DNA of 64,000 nt from Podarcis tiliguerta (lineage: Eukaryota), in the NCBI GenBank assembly GCA_965153285.1, contig OZ229115.1. One strand, written 5' to 3'. How positions within the stretch are numbered: position 1 is the stretch's first letter; each line of letters begins with the position of its first letter. Under the pieces are notes generated by a model. The model saw nothing but the letters and a program-made list of their open reading frames with translations, did no database searches and was not told where the DNA came from. Below are positions 12,965-27,644 of the stretch, piece by piece. A program made the position numbers and the translations under genes.

Positions 12965-13464
12965 TAATCAGAGAGGTATTGATGGAGTCCAGGCAACTGT
13001 GGAGCCAAGTGCTATGCTGGGTAGAAGCCCAGTTGCAGGAGGCAATCCTGGCTCATGCCTCTGAGCAAAAGTTTTCTATCCTTGTAGGGGAGAACAAGCC
13101 CTGACTAATTGCTCTTGAAGCAGGGGCTGGTATCAACACAGGGACATAGTATTGACATAGAGAGAAATAGGGAGTAATTTTCACCTGGGATAAATCCCAC
13201 TACTGAGCCATAGATTGCCCAAGACCTTGGAGCAAGGTTAAACTGCATCTGGCAGATGTTTAGAGTTATGAGCTTATGAGGAATGAGGCACCTTGGTGGG
13301 CCGCAGTCCTCTCAGCTCCCCTTCCCCCTGCTGTAATTCTGAAAAGGGTACGAGTTTATTTCAACTCAAGTCTGGATAGTTCCTATCTACAGTGACGTGC
13401 CTTAATGCCACATCTAATGTCTTTGTCAGAGACTTGCTTATTAAAATCCTTCCTTTCCTTGCAG

Positions 13465-13516
13465 CAATTTTCGGGCAGAACCCCTAAGGCGATTGGCGCC
13501 CAGAACTACCATGCAG
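13465..13516 (+). CDS. ATP6V0B: ATP6V0B exon 6 (QFSGRTPKAIGAQNYHA)
   Basis: Acceptor CCTTGCAG, donor GTAGGC; 52 nt. Confidence 0.95.
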
Positions 13517-14674
13517 GTAGGCTGGGATTCGTGGGGACTGGGGATGGGCAGGCATAATGGTTCTTGCCCTTGCGATATCATCAGGCGCCCCTTGTTACGT
13601 AGGAAACCTAGGAGGCTGTCTTATAGCAAGTCAGCCCATTGGTCCATCAAGGCCAGTATTCTCGACACTGACTGGCAGCAGTTTCTCAGGGGCTGCCAGC
13701 CCTACTTAGATGCACCAAAGATTGAACCTGGAACCTGCTCTATCTCTGAGCTGCAGCCCTTCCCTAGTTGAATTGTGTCTTGGCACAAGTTCACCTGCAG
13801 TAGGACAGCTTTTTTCCAATAGGCCACCGAACATTGTCTGACAAGCAGGGGGTATATGTATTATCTCCAGTTGATTTTCTGGCTTTGCAAAGCTCCCTAC
13901 CGCCATGTTGCAGTATCTGATGTGCCAACTATATCTGTGCTGTCACCCTGGGGTGGTGGGTATATCATCTTTTGTCATCACAGAAGAGACCGACACATCT
14001 TGACATGTTTGCTGGCAGCAGCTGTCCTCTTGGATGGCTATAGTGGCAATGCTATTCTTGTGGCATGCCACAGATGCAAGCCTGAGCGAGGTATGAGCTT
14101 GTGGCCAAGATGCTGTCTTTGGCTGTATCCTGTCCCAAAGTCTTTAGAATTGTGACATCTAATACCACCCTGTGGCCTGGGAGGCTTTCTAGTGCTCCAG
14201 AAATAACTAAATAAATAGTATATAGCCATTGTTCTGCTTAGATAGTGTTACTGTCGCCACTCTTTGCTTTGCTGCATTTCCCCTGAGTGAGTCAGGAACA
14301 CCTTTAAACTCTGTAAATCTGAACCCAGTAGTCTGGTTCATGATTAAGGTGTGGCGAGGGAGGGTGACAGGGAGAGCTTTCTCCAATAAATAAGGAGCCC
14401 TTGCACCAGTTGCACTAAATTCCTAAGAACTAGTTTATTTTATTTGTGGATTAAAAGGTTTGCATATAGAAAACAAGGGTTAATATACATAACATACACC
14501 TTTTCTTCCTAAGGAAAAATCGGTTTGTGTGTGAGTTTGGGAGGGAAATTGTTACAATTTCTTGTTACCTTATTTCCATCTGCAGATAATGCATAACAAG
14601 GACAGGCTTAGAAGAAAACATAAGGGCCTTCATCCTAACGGTCTCTGAGGCCAGTCTTGTCAGGCCTGCAATGA

Positions 14675-14986
<312 letters not shown>

Positions 14987-15088
14987 TAGAAGGAAGAATT
15001 TAGAGAGGATGAAGGTTTGGAAATGCCAGTAGTCATGCCTAGACTGCTCTTTGCAGATTAGCGAAACAAAAAAGAATTTCAAAAACTA

Positions 15089-15257
15089 CCGTATTTTTCA
15101 CTCTATAACACGCACCCGGCCATAACACGCACGTAGTTTTTAGAGGGGGGAAATCTGTAGGCATGCCACCCGTAGGCATTCCCTCCATAACACGCACAGA
15201 CATTTCCCCTTACTTTTTAGGAGGAAAAAAGTGAGTGTTATGGTGCAAAAAATACGG
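15089..15257. mobile_element. Tc1/mariner-type MITE in ATP6V0B intron 7
   Basis: TIR CCGTATTTTT / AAAAATACGG flanked by TA on both sides; internal ATAACACGCAC subrepeats. Confidence 0.85.
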
Positions 15258-15908
15258 TAATTTGTTCCTTCAAAGGGGCTCTCATCTACTCTTAAGTTGC
15301 GCCCAATATTTACTGGTTCGGTAGGTTAGGTAGTTATCTCGCGGTGCTGGTGTTGCTTTAAGGAAACCCCAAGCCATCCCTGCTTCAGGGCAAGGAAGAG
15401 GCAAGGCCTTTAATGGGTGTGTGTGGCTCAACCTTCAGCCTTCTTCAATGACAAGAAGCTTCCCTGTCCATAAGATCTACTATGGCTCTGTCTCTTCAGC
15501 ATCCTTCTCCACAACTATTGCCCCTCACTTTTGGCTGCTGCTCTGTGCACCTGTCCTGAGCAGCCATATTTCCTCATGATCATGTACAGGTGGGTGCATT
15601 TGCAGTGTTAAAAAGCTGCTACATGCGACAAATATGATAGCATGCCCAGTTTGCATTTCACAGTCTGTAATCGGTAGTTAATGGTTTACTGTGAAGGCAC
15701 AGAAGGCTCCCAATTTGCTCCTCCCTTCTAGTCAGCAGGAGCAACAAATCACCATTCCTGGCCTGGGGGTTGCTGTTTGTTTCACTCCAAACACTCTTAA
15801 GCCAAAAACAAATCCTGGCATTATTATTGGCAATACTGGGGGTACGTAGGGGAGCTTAATTCATGGCGCCTGTGTTTTCTTACCTTCTCTCCTTTTTGTC
15901 TTTTGCAG

Positions 15909-15935
15909 GTGTCTAAAGTGAAAATGGGCGACTAA
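15909..15935 (+). CDS. ATP6V0B: ATP6V0B exon 8 coding part (VSKVKMGD*)
   Basis: Long polypyrimidine tract then GCAG; TAA stop. Confidence 0.95.
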   Translation: MSKVKMGD

Positions 15936-16241
15936 GCCCTTTGCCACCAGCCTGTCTGCCAGCTGCAGACTCTGTACATATTTATTTAATGTCTTCTGTT
16001 GGCTTGGGATGGAGCTTGGTGTATAAATTTATTCCCGTGATCTTTCCCTGCAAGGCCGTGGAAGAACCTGACCAATTGATGTGTGTGTGAGAAAGAATCT
16101 GTCCTCCTTTCCTTCCATCCTTTCCTGCTCCACTTCCCCTGAAAGAAGGGGCTGGATGGACCTAGGAGAAGGAGCCTAGAGTCTTCCAGCCCTTGCACTC
16201 TTTGTGGCAACCACTGCCAACAGCAATGCCATGTTCTGTGA

Positions 16242-16247
16242 AATAAA
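16242..16247 (+). terminator. Probable ATP6V0B polyadenylation signal
   Basis: First AATAAA about 300 nt after the stop; U/GU-rich sequence downstream. Confidence 0.7.
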
Positions 16248-16889
16248 CTCATCCGTGTCCCAAGTAGTTTCCCTTCCTTGTGCGCCCCGTGCTGCTGTGC
16301 CCCTCCTGCTACCCCGGCTCCTGCTGCCTCCCACAGTCCACATTTTCTGGAACAGCCAGTGGTACTGGCTGAAGATTTGGCTCTGCAGGCTATGGGAGGT
16401 GCCCTCCTAGGCACATCTGTTCCATACTGAAGGGGTGCATAGGAGCTAAAAGTTGTGATTTTTTGAGTTCCCTGAAACTTCACAAATGATTGGTTAATTA
16501 AAATTAATTATGGGAAATGTCTTGTACTGTGATTAATAGTTGCTGTTTCTCTGTGGTGTGCCTGCTGTTCATCAAACTGCTCAATGCAGGGGTGGGCAAA
16601 CTTCAGGTTTATCTGATTGTCTTTGTTTCTTTAACTGGAATGCAAAATCTACTAACCAGGGGCAAAATATAGATTTATTTTTTTTTAGAAGGGGTTCCTC
16701 TGAGCCCATTTTGAATCGTAGGAATTGGTTTTCAGTAGTAGAACGGAGCTCATAGTCCTTTTGCCCAAGTCTTCTCCTGCGTAACTTTCATCATTTCAGC
16801 GGCCAAATTTAGATGGGAAAGATCATTTTGTTATTTCCTTTAGTTGAAAAGCCCTGCTGATTGATTGCAAATCACTCAGCGGTTTGATA

Positions 16890-16975
16890 GAGCCTGTGAG
16901 GTAGGTGCAAAGGCTGTAACTGGCCCAAGGTCACCCAGTGAGCTTCATGACTTGAGTGGGGATTTGAACCCTGAA
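16890..16975 (-). mobile_element. Truncated MIR/Squam3-like SINE
   Basis: CCTGTGAGGTAGG...GGCCCAAGGTCACCCAG...GGGATTTGAACCC (core plus B box in reverse). Confidence 0.6.
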
Positions 16976-19900
16976 GTTTTAAAGTGTTGTAAACTTTAAG
17001 GGTTTTTTTCCTTTATAATGTGGTATAGAAATGAAATTAATCATCATCAACATCATCCCTGAGAAAGAAAATGAGACCTGGACATTCCATTGTGGCAGCC
17101 ACAACCTAGGTTTAAATTACCATTTAGCGATTAGCGTATATATCTGAGTTTCTACACTGGACGCCCATGGATTGGAGGTTCCCTCTCCCAGGGTAAAGAG
17201 TATTCCTGCTACCTCTTCCCAGGGGTGGGTAGTTTTGCAGTCCTAGGACCATGAAGCATATTAATTTACAAAACTGTATTTGTATCCTATCTTGGGAGTT
17301 GCCAAAGGCAGCTTTCAGTTAAAGCAAAACTTAGCTGAAAATTAGAAGCCAGAGAGTCACATTGCAGAAGGGGAAACACTTCTTATGGTAGGATGAATCT
17401 AAAGATCTTATAGCTTAAGCCCTGAGCAGGATTTGCCATCTGTAATCCAATCCCATGCCAGCCTTACCTGGTAACTGTAAGGGTGGGAGGAAAGAGCTGG
17501 ATTCCAGGCAGCAAAATTTGTTATTTTCCCTGCAAAGTTTAGATAGTCAAATGGGGGGGGGGGGTTATTGTGATATATTCTTATTTTAAGGAATATATAA
17601 ACTCCTAAAAAAAGAAAACTGATTCTGTTTGTTTGTTATTTCATTATTTACAGCAAGTCTTCACTGTTCTGATTGGCTCAGTGCTTTTGGAGAGCAACAG
17701 AGCTGTGCTTATTTTTCTACAGGAACTTAAAAAATTATGTGGCAGGGTGTTTAGTGTCACCTTTTGGGTTCCTTGCTGGGACAGAGCCCCACCCCGGGAG
17801 ATTTCCTGAAACACTTTTGACAACTGTATATTTAGCCTCTTTTCCACGTTTCCCACTACTCTGAGTAAAAACACTTGAATTTACATGTGTGAGCCATTCT
17901 GCTGTTTGTTCTGAAGGCAAAGATGTTCCTTTGGGACACTCTTGGCACTTCTCAATGACATAACTGGTGTTCATCTAAATAAAGCTTTTAAGAACATTGC
18001 TAGTGGGGCAAGATCTGACCCATATAAGCTAGAGCAGGGCTACCAGATGGGGTTGCATGTTCCCTTGCTCTCCATAATTTGATTGTCAAACTGTAGCTTT
18101 ATCAGCATGTGGTTATAAAAGTCATCAAAGGATAGAGAACATCATCTTTATGTTGATGATACCCCAATGCTCTCTCATAGCCTGACTGAAATGGATTCAT
18201 TTAGTGTTTAAAAAATGATGTAGGTCAGGTGGTGGAAGAAGCCCTCCAGTAAATGGCTCTGTCAAGGACGTTTCCTTCAGTTTAGATCTGTACATGTTTT
18301 GATAGCTAGATGTGATGGCTTGTGTATATTTAGAGGACATAGAGCCTCAAATTTCATTTCAGCTTGATAACTGACAAGCCTAACATCTTGCTGTGGGGCA
18401 AAACGGATTTCAAAAGACAAACATTGTTTTGTCTAGTGCCACATACATTCTTTCCTGGTGATGTATTTACAAAATCTTTCCTATTTAAAACATATAGGAC
18501 TATAACAATATGTCCAGAATAGCCTTAACACAAACTGGAGTTGCTATAGATGGGGATGAGGGATTTATTTTCCTAACCTTTAACCTGCGCTACAAGACTT
18601 ACCTGCTTTTGAATGCAGCCCGGTGGTCCCTACACAACATTTCTTAAGCACTGAGATATGTAGAACAAGTCTCTTCAAAGTCTGCATCTCAGTTACTTGT
18701 GATGGCTTCGTTTGCCTGCAGTTCATACTCTTAATGTTCTTCTCATTGTGATTGCAGCTCGGGGGGGCTTTTCTTTACATGGATAATAACTCAAAATTTG
18801 ACCTGTACACGTAACCTCAGGTCCTTGATTTTGCATACCCCACTTCTGTGTATTTAAACACAGTCATTGGGTGAGCAGTCAGTATCACAAGATGAATCTT
18901 GATCCAAACAAAACACCTACATTCTGATTGTCATATGTGAAATCATAGTAGCTGTCACTGTTCCAAGAAATGGGCTAGTTTGGCTTTATTCTCATTGGAA
19001 ATATGCTGGAGAAGTTGTGAGGGTTCCTTCAGATCAGGACAGGTTGCTGTTCTGTGGCATGAGTAGGGCCTGCTACACTGTAGCTCCACATTCCCCCCCT
19101 CAAAACATGTTGTGGTTACTGCCTTGAGGTGGCTTATCTTGCAGAGGCATAACCCTGGCAAGCCCATTGCTTTTTAGGAACTTTACACTGGCCTTGCGTG
19201 TTTCTGTGCTGCAGATAATTCTCTCTATTTAACAAATGTGTGTCCTGCCCTGTCTGCTATGTGCCAGGCTGATGGTAATAAAAGCTTAAAAGAAGAACAG
19301 ATTCCGACTAGTGAGCAATGGAAGTGGTAGCACAATCAAATGCTTGAAAATAAAAACAGCAGCAAACTACAAAACACTTCAACTGATATTTAAAAGGCTG
19401 GGGGGGGGGGAAGTCTAGGAAATTAAAAGGCTATGTGCGTCACATCAAAAAGGCATTGTAGTTGGCACTAGGTGTGCTTTCTTGGGAAAGCATTCCAGTG
19501 ATGTGCTAAAATGGTGAAGGCCCCTTCTGTAGTCCCCACCTGCCACCTGCTGTGTTTTTTCCTACACTGAAATGGTGTTGCCTCCTAGCACTGTTAGGAG
19601 CTGTTGTCCTCAGGAATCTTGCCACACCATTTTTCTGAGGGTGTTTCTTTCCTTAGTGCCATGAGGTCCTGTGTCTCATGTGGATGACCTCTGAGGCGGT
19701 GCAGACTGGGCCTGAGCCTACACAAGGAGTGAAAGTGAAGTCCTCCATTTTTCCTCTCTAGGAGGCTTAAGTACAATCACTGTGCTTTTGCTGGCTTAGT
19801 GTTGGCTCCCTGGGTGATTCTGCCACATCCCTGCAAATCTGCTGTAAGATGCAGAAAATCCACTCACTTTGGATGTTTGTAGAGTGCCCGGCATAAGGAG

Positions 19901-22689
19901 CCAAGCTGGCTCATCAGACTAATGAGCTGGCAGGGATCCTTGTAGCATCGTGGGTGGGTGTTGTGGGGAGAGTCTTCCAGAATATTTGTATCCTGCCTCC
20001 CACTTAATGAGCATGCAAGTTGCTGGGTGTGGTAGGAAGGTAAAGATTACCAGATCGAGACACTAGGCTGGCATGCAAAGCTGTAAAGAAGAGCTGGGGA
20101 GCTTGACAGCTCTCACACAGAGAGAGAATAATAAACACATGAGCCCCGCAATATTGCACTGGGACTGAAGGAGCTCAGATGTGCTTGGGCAAGAATGTTG
20201 GCATGGCTTGCAGAGTGCCTGGAAGCACTGAACTCATTAGGTTACGTTACATGATAGTTGGAGGGGAAGGCTGGGTGGGGCTGGGTGGCTGAGAGGGAAG
20301 AAAAACAAAAGAAGCTCTTTGTTCAGGACTTACAGGGTTCTCCAAATTCTAGTGAGGAACAGACAATACTTCCTGATGATTCTTGAGGGCATTAGGGTGT
20401 GGAGATTTTGGAGGCTAGTGTCAATGGCACTGTCTTGGCAACAGCAGCATAGTCCTATTGGCAGAGGTTATAGTTCCCTGGAGGAAAACGTGTTTTGCAT
20501 GCAGAATGCCCCAGGTTCAATAATTAGCATTTCCAACTGAAAAGATACCAAGTGGAGAAAAAGAAGAACCTTGGACTGCCACTGCTAAGATAGACAGTGC
20601 TGTCTATTGTGAGTTCTTCCCAAGGCCTACCTGTGTAGTTGCAAGAACAGCCATTCTGAAGTGTAACATACAAACAAGTGGCATTTATTTGCTTGTCTCA
20701 GCTCAAAAATGTTCAGAGAGGGTGATGTTCCATCAGCCCTGCCATAGTTTACCCAAGTTAAAGTTCAATCCTATTTATTAAAGAAAAGGATACAGAGATG
20801 AAATAAAAAGAAAGATGCATTTGTATTAAATATATGTAACTATGACAAGTTCATCGTTCAAATTTCCTGGGCCTCTCACCACTGTTAACATGTAGCATGT
20901 CTGCCAAACCATATTCTCATTTAATGAGCTCCTCTCCTAGAATGTCCTTTATGAAGAAGGCTCGGTTCATTTCACAGTTACCTGGAAATGTATCCCAAAA
21001 GCATTCTATAGTACAGCTGGAAAGAGAAACTTTGGGAGGAAGGAGTCACAAATTGAACTGAACTGGTGGGGTGGGGGGGCGGCGGCAGACAGACAGACCA
21101 AGACAGAGAACATTTGAATGGTCCATGCCAGGTAGGAAGGTGACAGTGCACTAGCAGGCACAGGTTGGATAACAGTCTCCTAAACATATGGACATTTTGG
21201 GAAACCCTAAGCAAGTTAATACCTCGCTATAGTTGATGAGTTACATATTATGTATGCTTTATTTTTATTTATTTTGCATATTTTGATTAGTGCTGGAAAT
21301 GAAGAGCCCAAATCTCTGGTGTTAGGCACATCTATACCCTACCAAATTCCATGGGTCTGATTATGCACCCCCTTATCCAAGTGATAGCCCAAAGTTCTTA
21401 TTAATACAGAGCTTGCTTCAGGGAGAGGCAACTGCCACTTGCTGGGTTCTGTTCTACTCTAGCATGCCTAGAAGTGTGACTTCTGTGTGCCGCTTCTGTG
21501 GGCAGCATTGGCATCACCCTATCATACCTTCGGCAGCATGAATTTCCCTTGCATCTCCACTTCATTTCCAAGTTGCCTAACCAAGCACCAACATGGTGAC
21601 AGCCACATTTTACATTTCTGGCTATATAACCCTGCTGAGAGGCAGGTCCTGTGAAGCCACATTTAGTGGAAACATTCAGTTAACACTGTCCTGGGGCCTC
21701 AGCAGATGTGCTTATAAACTTGCCACCTGACCATTTATATGCCAAATTCAGAGAAGAGTGGAGAGGCATCAGGAAATGGAAGGACCTTCCCCTTTGCTTT
21801 TGCAGTACGCTAGACTTGAAAGGAATCTTAAAAGCAAGATTTTTTTTTTAATTCTATAGAGCTGCAGATTGGAAGGAGGCCCAAACTTCCTTGTTTGTTG
21901 CATTTCACCAGTTGGGCTCAGGCTCCCTGATGGTTTTTGTTACCCTAAGTAACACCATATTCTAGCTTAAAACATGGCGGGCAGGACTAGTAAGTGGCCT
22001 ATGATGAACCACAGTGCCACAGAAAATGGGTCAGGGTGGCGAGCTCTGTGGAAGGGACAGATGGGCCACCACCCTATCTCGCATGTCAAAAACTCACAAC
22101 CACAGAAAACATTAATTTTGGAATACCAACTAAATGCTCCTTCTTTTTTTGATGTGGCAACCCAACTCCTCCTGTTCGGTGTACCTTTGTAAGAGTGGGG
22201 CCTAGATTTCTGCGTGCCTGGACCCTGCGTACCTGGGAGCCCTGCTGCTAAGTTCAAAAGTGAGAAAAAGGAGTGGGCTATTTAGAAGGGAGGGAGATGC
22301 ATTCTGTATGCAGTCAAACCCGTTCCCTTGTTGCATCTTCACATGCTCCAGAGCCCACGACTGAAAACGTGTGTGTCCCATGGAGCTGAGCCCACAACGT
22401 TTAATATATGCGATTCTATTTATTTTATTTGCAATATGGTGTGTACAGTCGACATTATGGGAAAATATCATGGCGACGAACAGCATAAAATCAACAATAA
22501 CATGAGATTCACAAAACAAGTACGAAATACATCACAGATCGGCAGAGGAGGTCAATACATCGCCGGTTCAAACCTCAGGTGAGCATCATCACCACTGGGT
22601 GATGAGATTCATGCCTTGGCTGGAGTGCGTCGTGTGTGATGAATGGGTACTGCCCACCCCACCCCCTAGGATCTTCTCCTCTGATCGGG

Positions 22690-23450
22690 ACTGAGAGCCG
22701 GCGAGGAACCTGTGATCTCCACCAATCCCGAAGACGCGCTCTCCGCGTTCCCTAATCTCCCACGTGACTTCTTGGAGAGCAGCCCCCCGTCCTGTTGCAC
22801 TAAACGGGGCTGACGAGGGCGGCGGCGGAGACGGCGGCCCGGGGAGCGGGCTGGCTGGGAATGGCTGGCCGGAGCTGGCAGGGGCGGCGCTGAGCGCGCA
22901 GGAGGCGGAGCTGCCGGCGCGCCCAAGCAGGCCTGATCCGCTCCCCGGTGTGGGCGCCGCTCATCGTCCTGCCTGGGCTCCGCTGTGCTGCCCGGGATGG
23001 GGCGCAGGAGCCGCTGTTGCAGCTGGCCGGGCAGCCGCCCGCTCTGAGGCCGGGCCGGGCTGGGCTGGGGCCGGGGGAGCCGCCGCGCCGTCCCCTGAGC
23101 CGCCCGGCCCGGGCGCCGAGAGACAGCGGCACCACGAGCGCACGGCGCGGCCGGGAACGAGCAGGCGGTGAGCTGGAGCGAGCGGGGCCGAGCCGGGGAG
23201 GGAGTCCGCTGCTCGGGCGCGGGGAGCCCAGAGGGGCTGCACCCATCGCGGGCGGGCGGGCGGGTGGGCGAAGAGAGAGACCCTGCCTTTGCGGCCGCCA
23301 GCCTCCTTTTGTTGTGGAGAAGGGGCCGGGTGTGTTCCCAGCAGGTCCTCCTCACACGGCTCCTCTCGGCGCCTCCATCACCTGCACCCACCTCCGGGGT
23401 TCAGGGGCGCATCCCCAGGCGGGGCGCTTCCCCCGGCACCTCAGCCATGT
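22690..23450 (+). promoter_or_regulatory. CpG-island promoter and non-coding exon 1 of B4GALT2 (exon ends at 23167)
   Basis: Very CpG/GC-rich; CCAAT 22722-22726; CACGTGAC 22761-22768; donor GCG|GTGAGC at 23168. Confidence 0.75.
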
Positions 23451-25429
23451 TTCGTCTGATCACCCACTCCTGGGCAAACTGGGTATTGTGTGGACCGATG
23501 GGCTTGGGCATAGGTGTGTCGAGAGGCGCGGATGGATGCTCTCGCGTGTACCAGTTCTCGTTGGTGTGCAGCGTAGATGCGTGTCTCTAGATAACAGTTG
23601 TGCACGGATGTCTGTTTACAAGCAGGTACGTGGGCGAGAGTAAAGGTGTGCCTCTGGCTGTCTGTCTGCGCGTATCTCTAGGATGCTGGCACTTGAGCCC
23701 CTCCTCCAGCCAGCCTCGCTCCCCCTCCCCCAAGATGGCTCCTGCACAATCCCCAAGGCGCTTCTTCGAGCAGAGAAAGGCTGGGGCTGTGTCTGGGCCG
23801 CCTGGGAATTGGGGAGGGGGGCGCTCTGGCACCTGCTGCACAAGCTTGTTCTCAGCCCCTCCGCCTCTGGGCCGGATCACTTTTGAGGTTCTTCTACCCG
23901 TTTGAGGTTCCTGACAAGACGGGGGATTTCCTGTTCCAGGCAGGGGGATCCGTGGAGAAACAATGTAGCCTTTCTCTTAGGAAAAGGGAAGGGGCAGCTG
24001 CTTTTAGGAACGAGGGGCCTCACAGCCAAGGCAGCCCAGGCAGAAAATAATGGAGCTTGTATATGTTTACCAGGCTGTGTGCTCTGTGTGAAACAGAATG
24101 GCCTTGTTGCTGTCTTTTGGATCAGTTTTGCCAAAAAAGAAGAAGAGAGGAATAAACACACACACAACAGCAACCCTTGGCTGGCATCCACTTACCTTTC
24201 CCAGAGCTTCCCCATGAGCTTCTCTTCAGCCAACTGGTTTTGTTGCCCCTTGGGAGCCCATATGGGACTAGGGGCTAGCGCTATATATAGCCTAGAAATG
24301 TGTGTGCCTGGGAAGCAGGGGGCTCTGTGCTGCCTGTGCCTTCCTGCAGGCACCATTTACGAATGTTTCACTTTCCTGTTTTCACAGATAGGTAGATAGG
24401 TAACTTTCCAAAACAGGTAACTGTTAGGGATGCTTATGCCAAGTCAGGTCAGCAAGGAACATTATTGACCCGAGACTATGTTTTCTGACTCCAGTTAAAA
24501 CCTGGATATTTTTTAATGCCCACAAATTGTATAAACATTGGTGTCTGCTCTCTGGTGATCATCAGGCAGAAGACAAGACTGAATTTCCAGATAAATTATT
24601 CACAGCCAAGGAGCAGCCCAGCTGCAGTCTGGCTCCATTAGTGGATTGTTAACATTGCAAAAGCCCATCTCTCCAGCTTTGCTAACTTGTATTTTGCACA
24701 GCTTGCCTGCACTCTGTTTGTACAATGGGATATCCAGCTACATACTTAATCGAGGGGAAAGGAATGGAGAGACTCCTGTGAGGGAAAACACAGGCAGACC
24801 TGGGATGCCATCTCATTTAAGAGGCTGCTGTAGATAATATCCTAGGAATAAGATGGTGGCTAATGGGCTCCTGCAATGTGTACTAGCTTCACAAATAGTC
24901 TTTCTTGCCCCAGAGATGAGCTGTCTCTGACACACGGGCCAAGTTGCCACTTAAGCAGTTTCTGACTTCTGCCTCTGTTTCTCATCCTCTTGTGTGAGAG
25001 GAGGCCAGGGGTTTTCTTGAATGCAGTGGATGTAGGTTGGCAAAGGAAGTATCTGAGGATGAACTCGGGGACCAGCAAAGCTCCTGGGAGGAGATAATTA
25101 TATTCCTTTGGCACCCACTCCACTAGCCAGAGTGCAGCAAAGCCACAATTTTGAAGGAATTACATGATGGACCACAACTTTACCAGACCCAGCTAGCATG
25201 TGCCATCTAGGGCTGTTTGGGAGTTATAGTTCAAAACTTTGGAGGGTGCTATGTTGACAAGGGCTGCTTTAGGACAAGAGACATCAGGTTGACAGGTAAA
25301 ACATAGTGGTTCTAGGGATGCCAATGTGTATCCACATATTCTGTTTTGAGATATTTTGTTCCTTAAGAGGAGCCATCTTATTGTGAACAAGGATGTGTCT
25401 GGACTGGTTTTCTTAATCTTCAGGTTCCC

Positions 25430-25591
25430 AGTGGCAGACTTTGGATCCCCACATTTCAGTGGCACCCTGTGTGATGCTAAACTTTGGTGCCCCCCTCTCA
25501 TGCCCCATTCTACATCACTGTTGTGGTGCCCCCCTGTGGTGCCAGTGCCTAGTGCGGCCAAACTGGCTGCGCTACCTTAAAACTGCCTCTG
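25430..25591. mobile_element. hAT-like MITE
   Basis: Ends CAGTGGCAG / CTGCCTCTG; flanking 8-bp direct repeat AGGTTCCC. Confidence 0.6.
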
Positions 25592-27075
25592 AGGTTCCCC
25601 ACACCCTTCCATTTAAGCAAGGCCTTGTTATCTTCACCACAAATAGAGCAAACTCTGGTGAGGTTATTCATCCAGCAGACTCAGCAAGACACTGGGATGC
25701 TGTCCTGGCACACGTTCTGAGAAATGGCTACTTTTGAGATTCCAGCTCTGCAATGTGGTTGGAGTAGAGCAAGTGCACCCGGCCCATTGCAAACCGTTAG
25801 GAAGCTACATGGCCCTGAGACCAATGTGATGTGCTCTGCAGCCCGCTTCTGCTTGGAGCATGACCCATATACAGCAGTGGTGCTGGTGTCAGTTGGTTTG
25901 GCAAGGAAGCTGCAAATTTGTACGGGGTTTCATTCATTCCCTGAACCATCAGAATGCCCCTGGCTATGTTGTCTTCTGCTCTTGAGCTCTCCTTAGTGTA
26001 TGCTTTGTTGGGTGTGCCGTAGTGGCAGGTGAGATGTGTGAATCTCTGGAGTGGGAATTGTTGCTCACTGTGTCCTGGAGCAAGTAAGTAGGGTGTTTGG
26101 GACATGCAAGGTTAAAATTAAATGAGAGTGCCTTATAAATCCTTTTTCCACTCTGCTGCATTCACAATAAACATACTCAGGGGCATTACTAGGACCTTAA
26201 AATACTCAGGGCACATGCCCATGATATATATTTGCATATGTTAATTTCCGTTCATGTGTAGGTGTAAATTTAGGCTCCCTTTCAAAGGGAAAGCTAGCCT
26301 GCAAGCAAAATGGGTTTGAAGAAAAAAAAGAGAGAGGGGGGCAAGAGATCTAGGACCTAGTGCAAAAGATCCAGGACTCAAGACTTCTGTTCTATCCCAG
26401 CATGTATTTCAGAAGTTGTGAAAAGCTGTGGTTTGTGTGCCAGGGTGAACACTGTCGTTTTAGTTCAACTCTTTTCAACCCCTAGCTCACAGCTGATATA
26501 AAAACTCCCTGCACATAGAAATGTGGGTGTTTGGGAGAAATCCATGCTTTCCCTGACATTTACATTACTTTGTGGGTGCATTTTTCCCCATGGGAAAGCA
26601 TTCAACCTCGCTCCAAACCTTCAGGTCAGATGATAGATCTTTAGGAAGAGTGTTACAATTTAATCTGTTGGTTGTGTGATCTAGACCTGGATGAAGTGAA
26701 GATTCCTATCTGTTAGGGTTGCATCCAAAGCAGCATCAACAGAGTCCTGCTGGCAACAGTGGCACTTCTGTTTCTTCTCCTCCGCCTGGTGTTCCCCCAA
26801 AATCTTCTCCAGAGGGTTTCCCAATCCTCCAGAGCTGATTTTGAGAGTGTATGCGGAGCTGAATGGGAGAGGAGGTTCCATTCCATTAGCACAAGGTCTT
26901 TTGTACCAGTGGAACAGGAGCGTTGGACACTGCCCACAGTCATTGTGAATCTGGAGGCAGAAGGAAGTAGTGATGATCAACTGATTGTTGTAAAATGAAT
27001 ACAGGAGTGTTTTCTTGTGCATACATATTTTGGAAAGAGTGACTACTCCCACACCCACCACCAAAAATTTATTCT

Positions 27076-27228
27076 GACAGCTCAATTAAAAGAGCATGAG
27101 ACTCATAATCTCAGGGTCATGGTCAAGGGTTCAAGCCCCATGTTGGGCGAAAGATTCCATTGCAGGTGGTTGGACTAGAATAGATGATCCTCGTGGTCCC
27201 TTCCAACTCTACAATTCTATGATTCTGT
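27076..27228 (+). mobile_element. tRNA-Lys-headed, CR1-tailed SINE (Squam2-like)
   Basis: Head AGAGCATGAGACTCATAATCTCAGGGTC...GGGTTCAAGCCCCATGTTGGGCG resembles tRNA-Lys(CTT); tail GGTCCCTTCCAACTCTACAATTCTATGATTCT is a CR1 3' end. Confidence 0.8.
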
Positions 27229-27644
27229 TATTCACTGCCTCCCCATGTAAGGAGAGAGTTATTGGCTTCTTCCCTTTTTGTGAGGGTCATAGAACTCTAT
27301 AGTGCAGTAGTAAGGCAGAAAGTCTGCTGTTTCAGTCACAAAGGATGAAAGAGATTTTATGGGATTAAGGTATGTGGGTGAATGTACTGAATATGCAGCT
27401 GTCTGACGTGCTAAATGCTTTGTGATTAGCCCAGCATTTGCCTGAATGAAACAGCTTATTATAACTTTCCTCTGTATTAAGCTGAGAGCCAGGTGCTTTG
27501 TCCTGGTGCCTGAAGTAGTTACTTGAAAACTCCTATTTCCTTCCATCAATGGCAGTGAGTGCAGTGAAATGTTTGACTTTGGCATAAGGTAAGACTCCAA
27601 ATAAATAAATCTATTGTTATAGAGACTTTATTCTTCTTCTAACA

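Noticed and set aside
18603-18802. Possible minus-strand exon with a perfect CAG|GTAAGT donor
   Set aside because: The acceptor lacks a polypyrimidine tract, all three frames contain stops, and no partner exons could be supported.
22666-23905. Several long overlapping ORFs (up to 241 aa) on both strands
   Set aside because: They lie in the GC-rich B4GALT2 CpG island where stops are rare; the peptides are low-complexity Arg/Pro/Gly/Ala with no recognisable domain.
27076-27150. tRNA-Lys-like sequence
   Set aside because: Anticodon and arms are degenerate and it is fused to a CR1 tail, so it is a SINE head rather than a tRNA gene.
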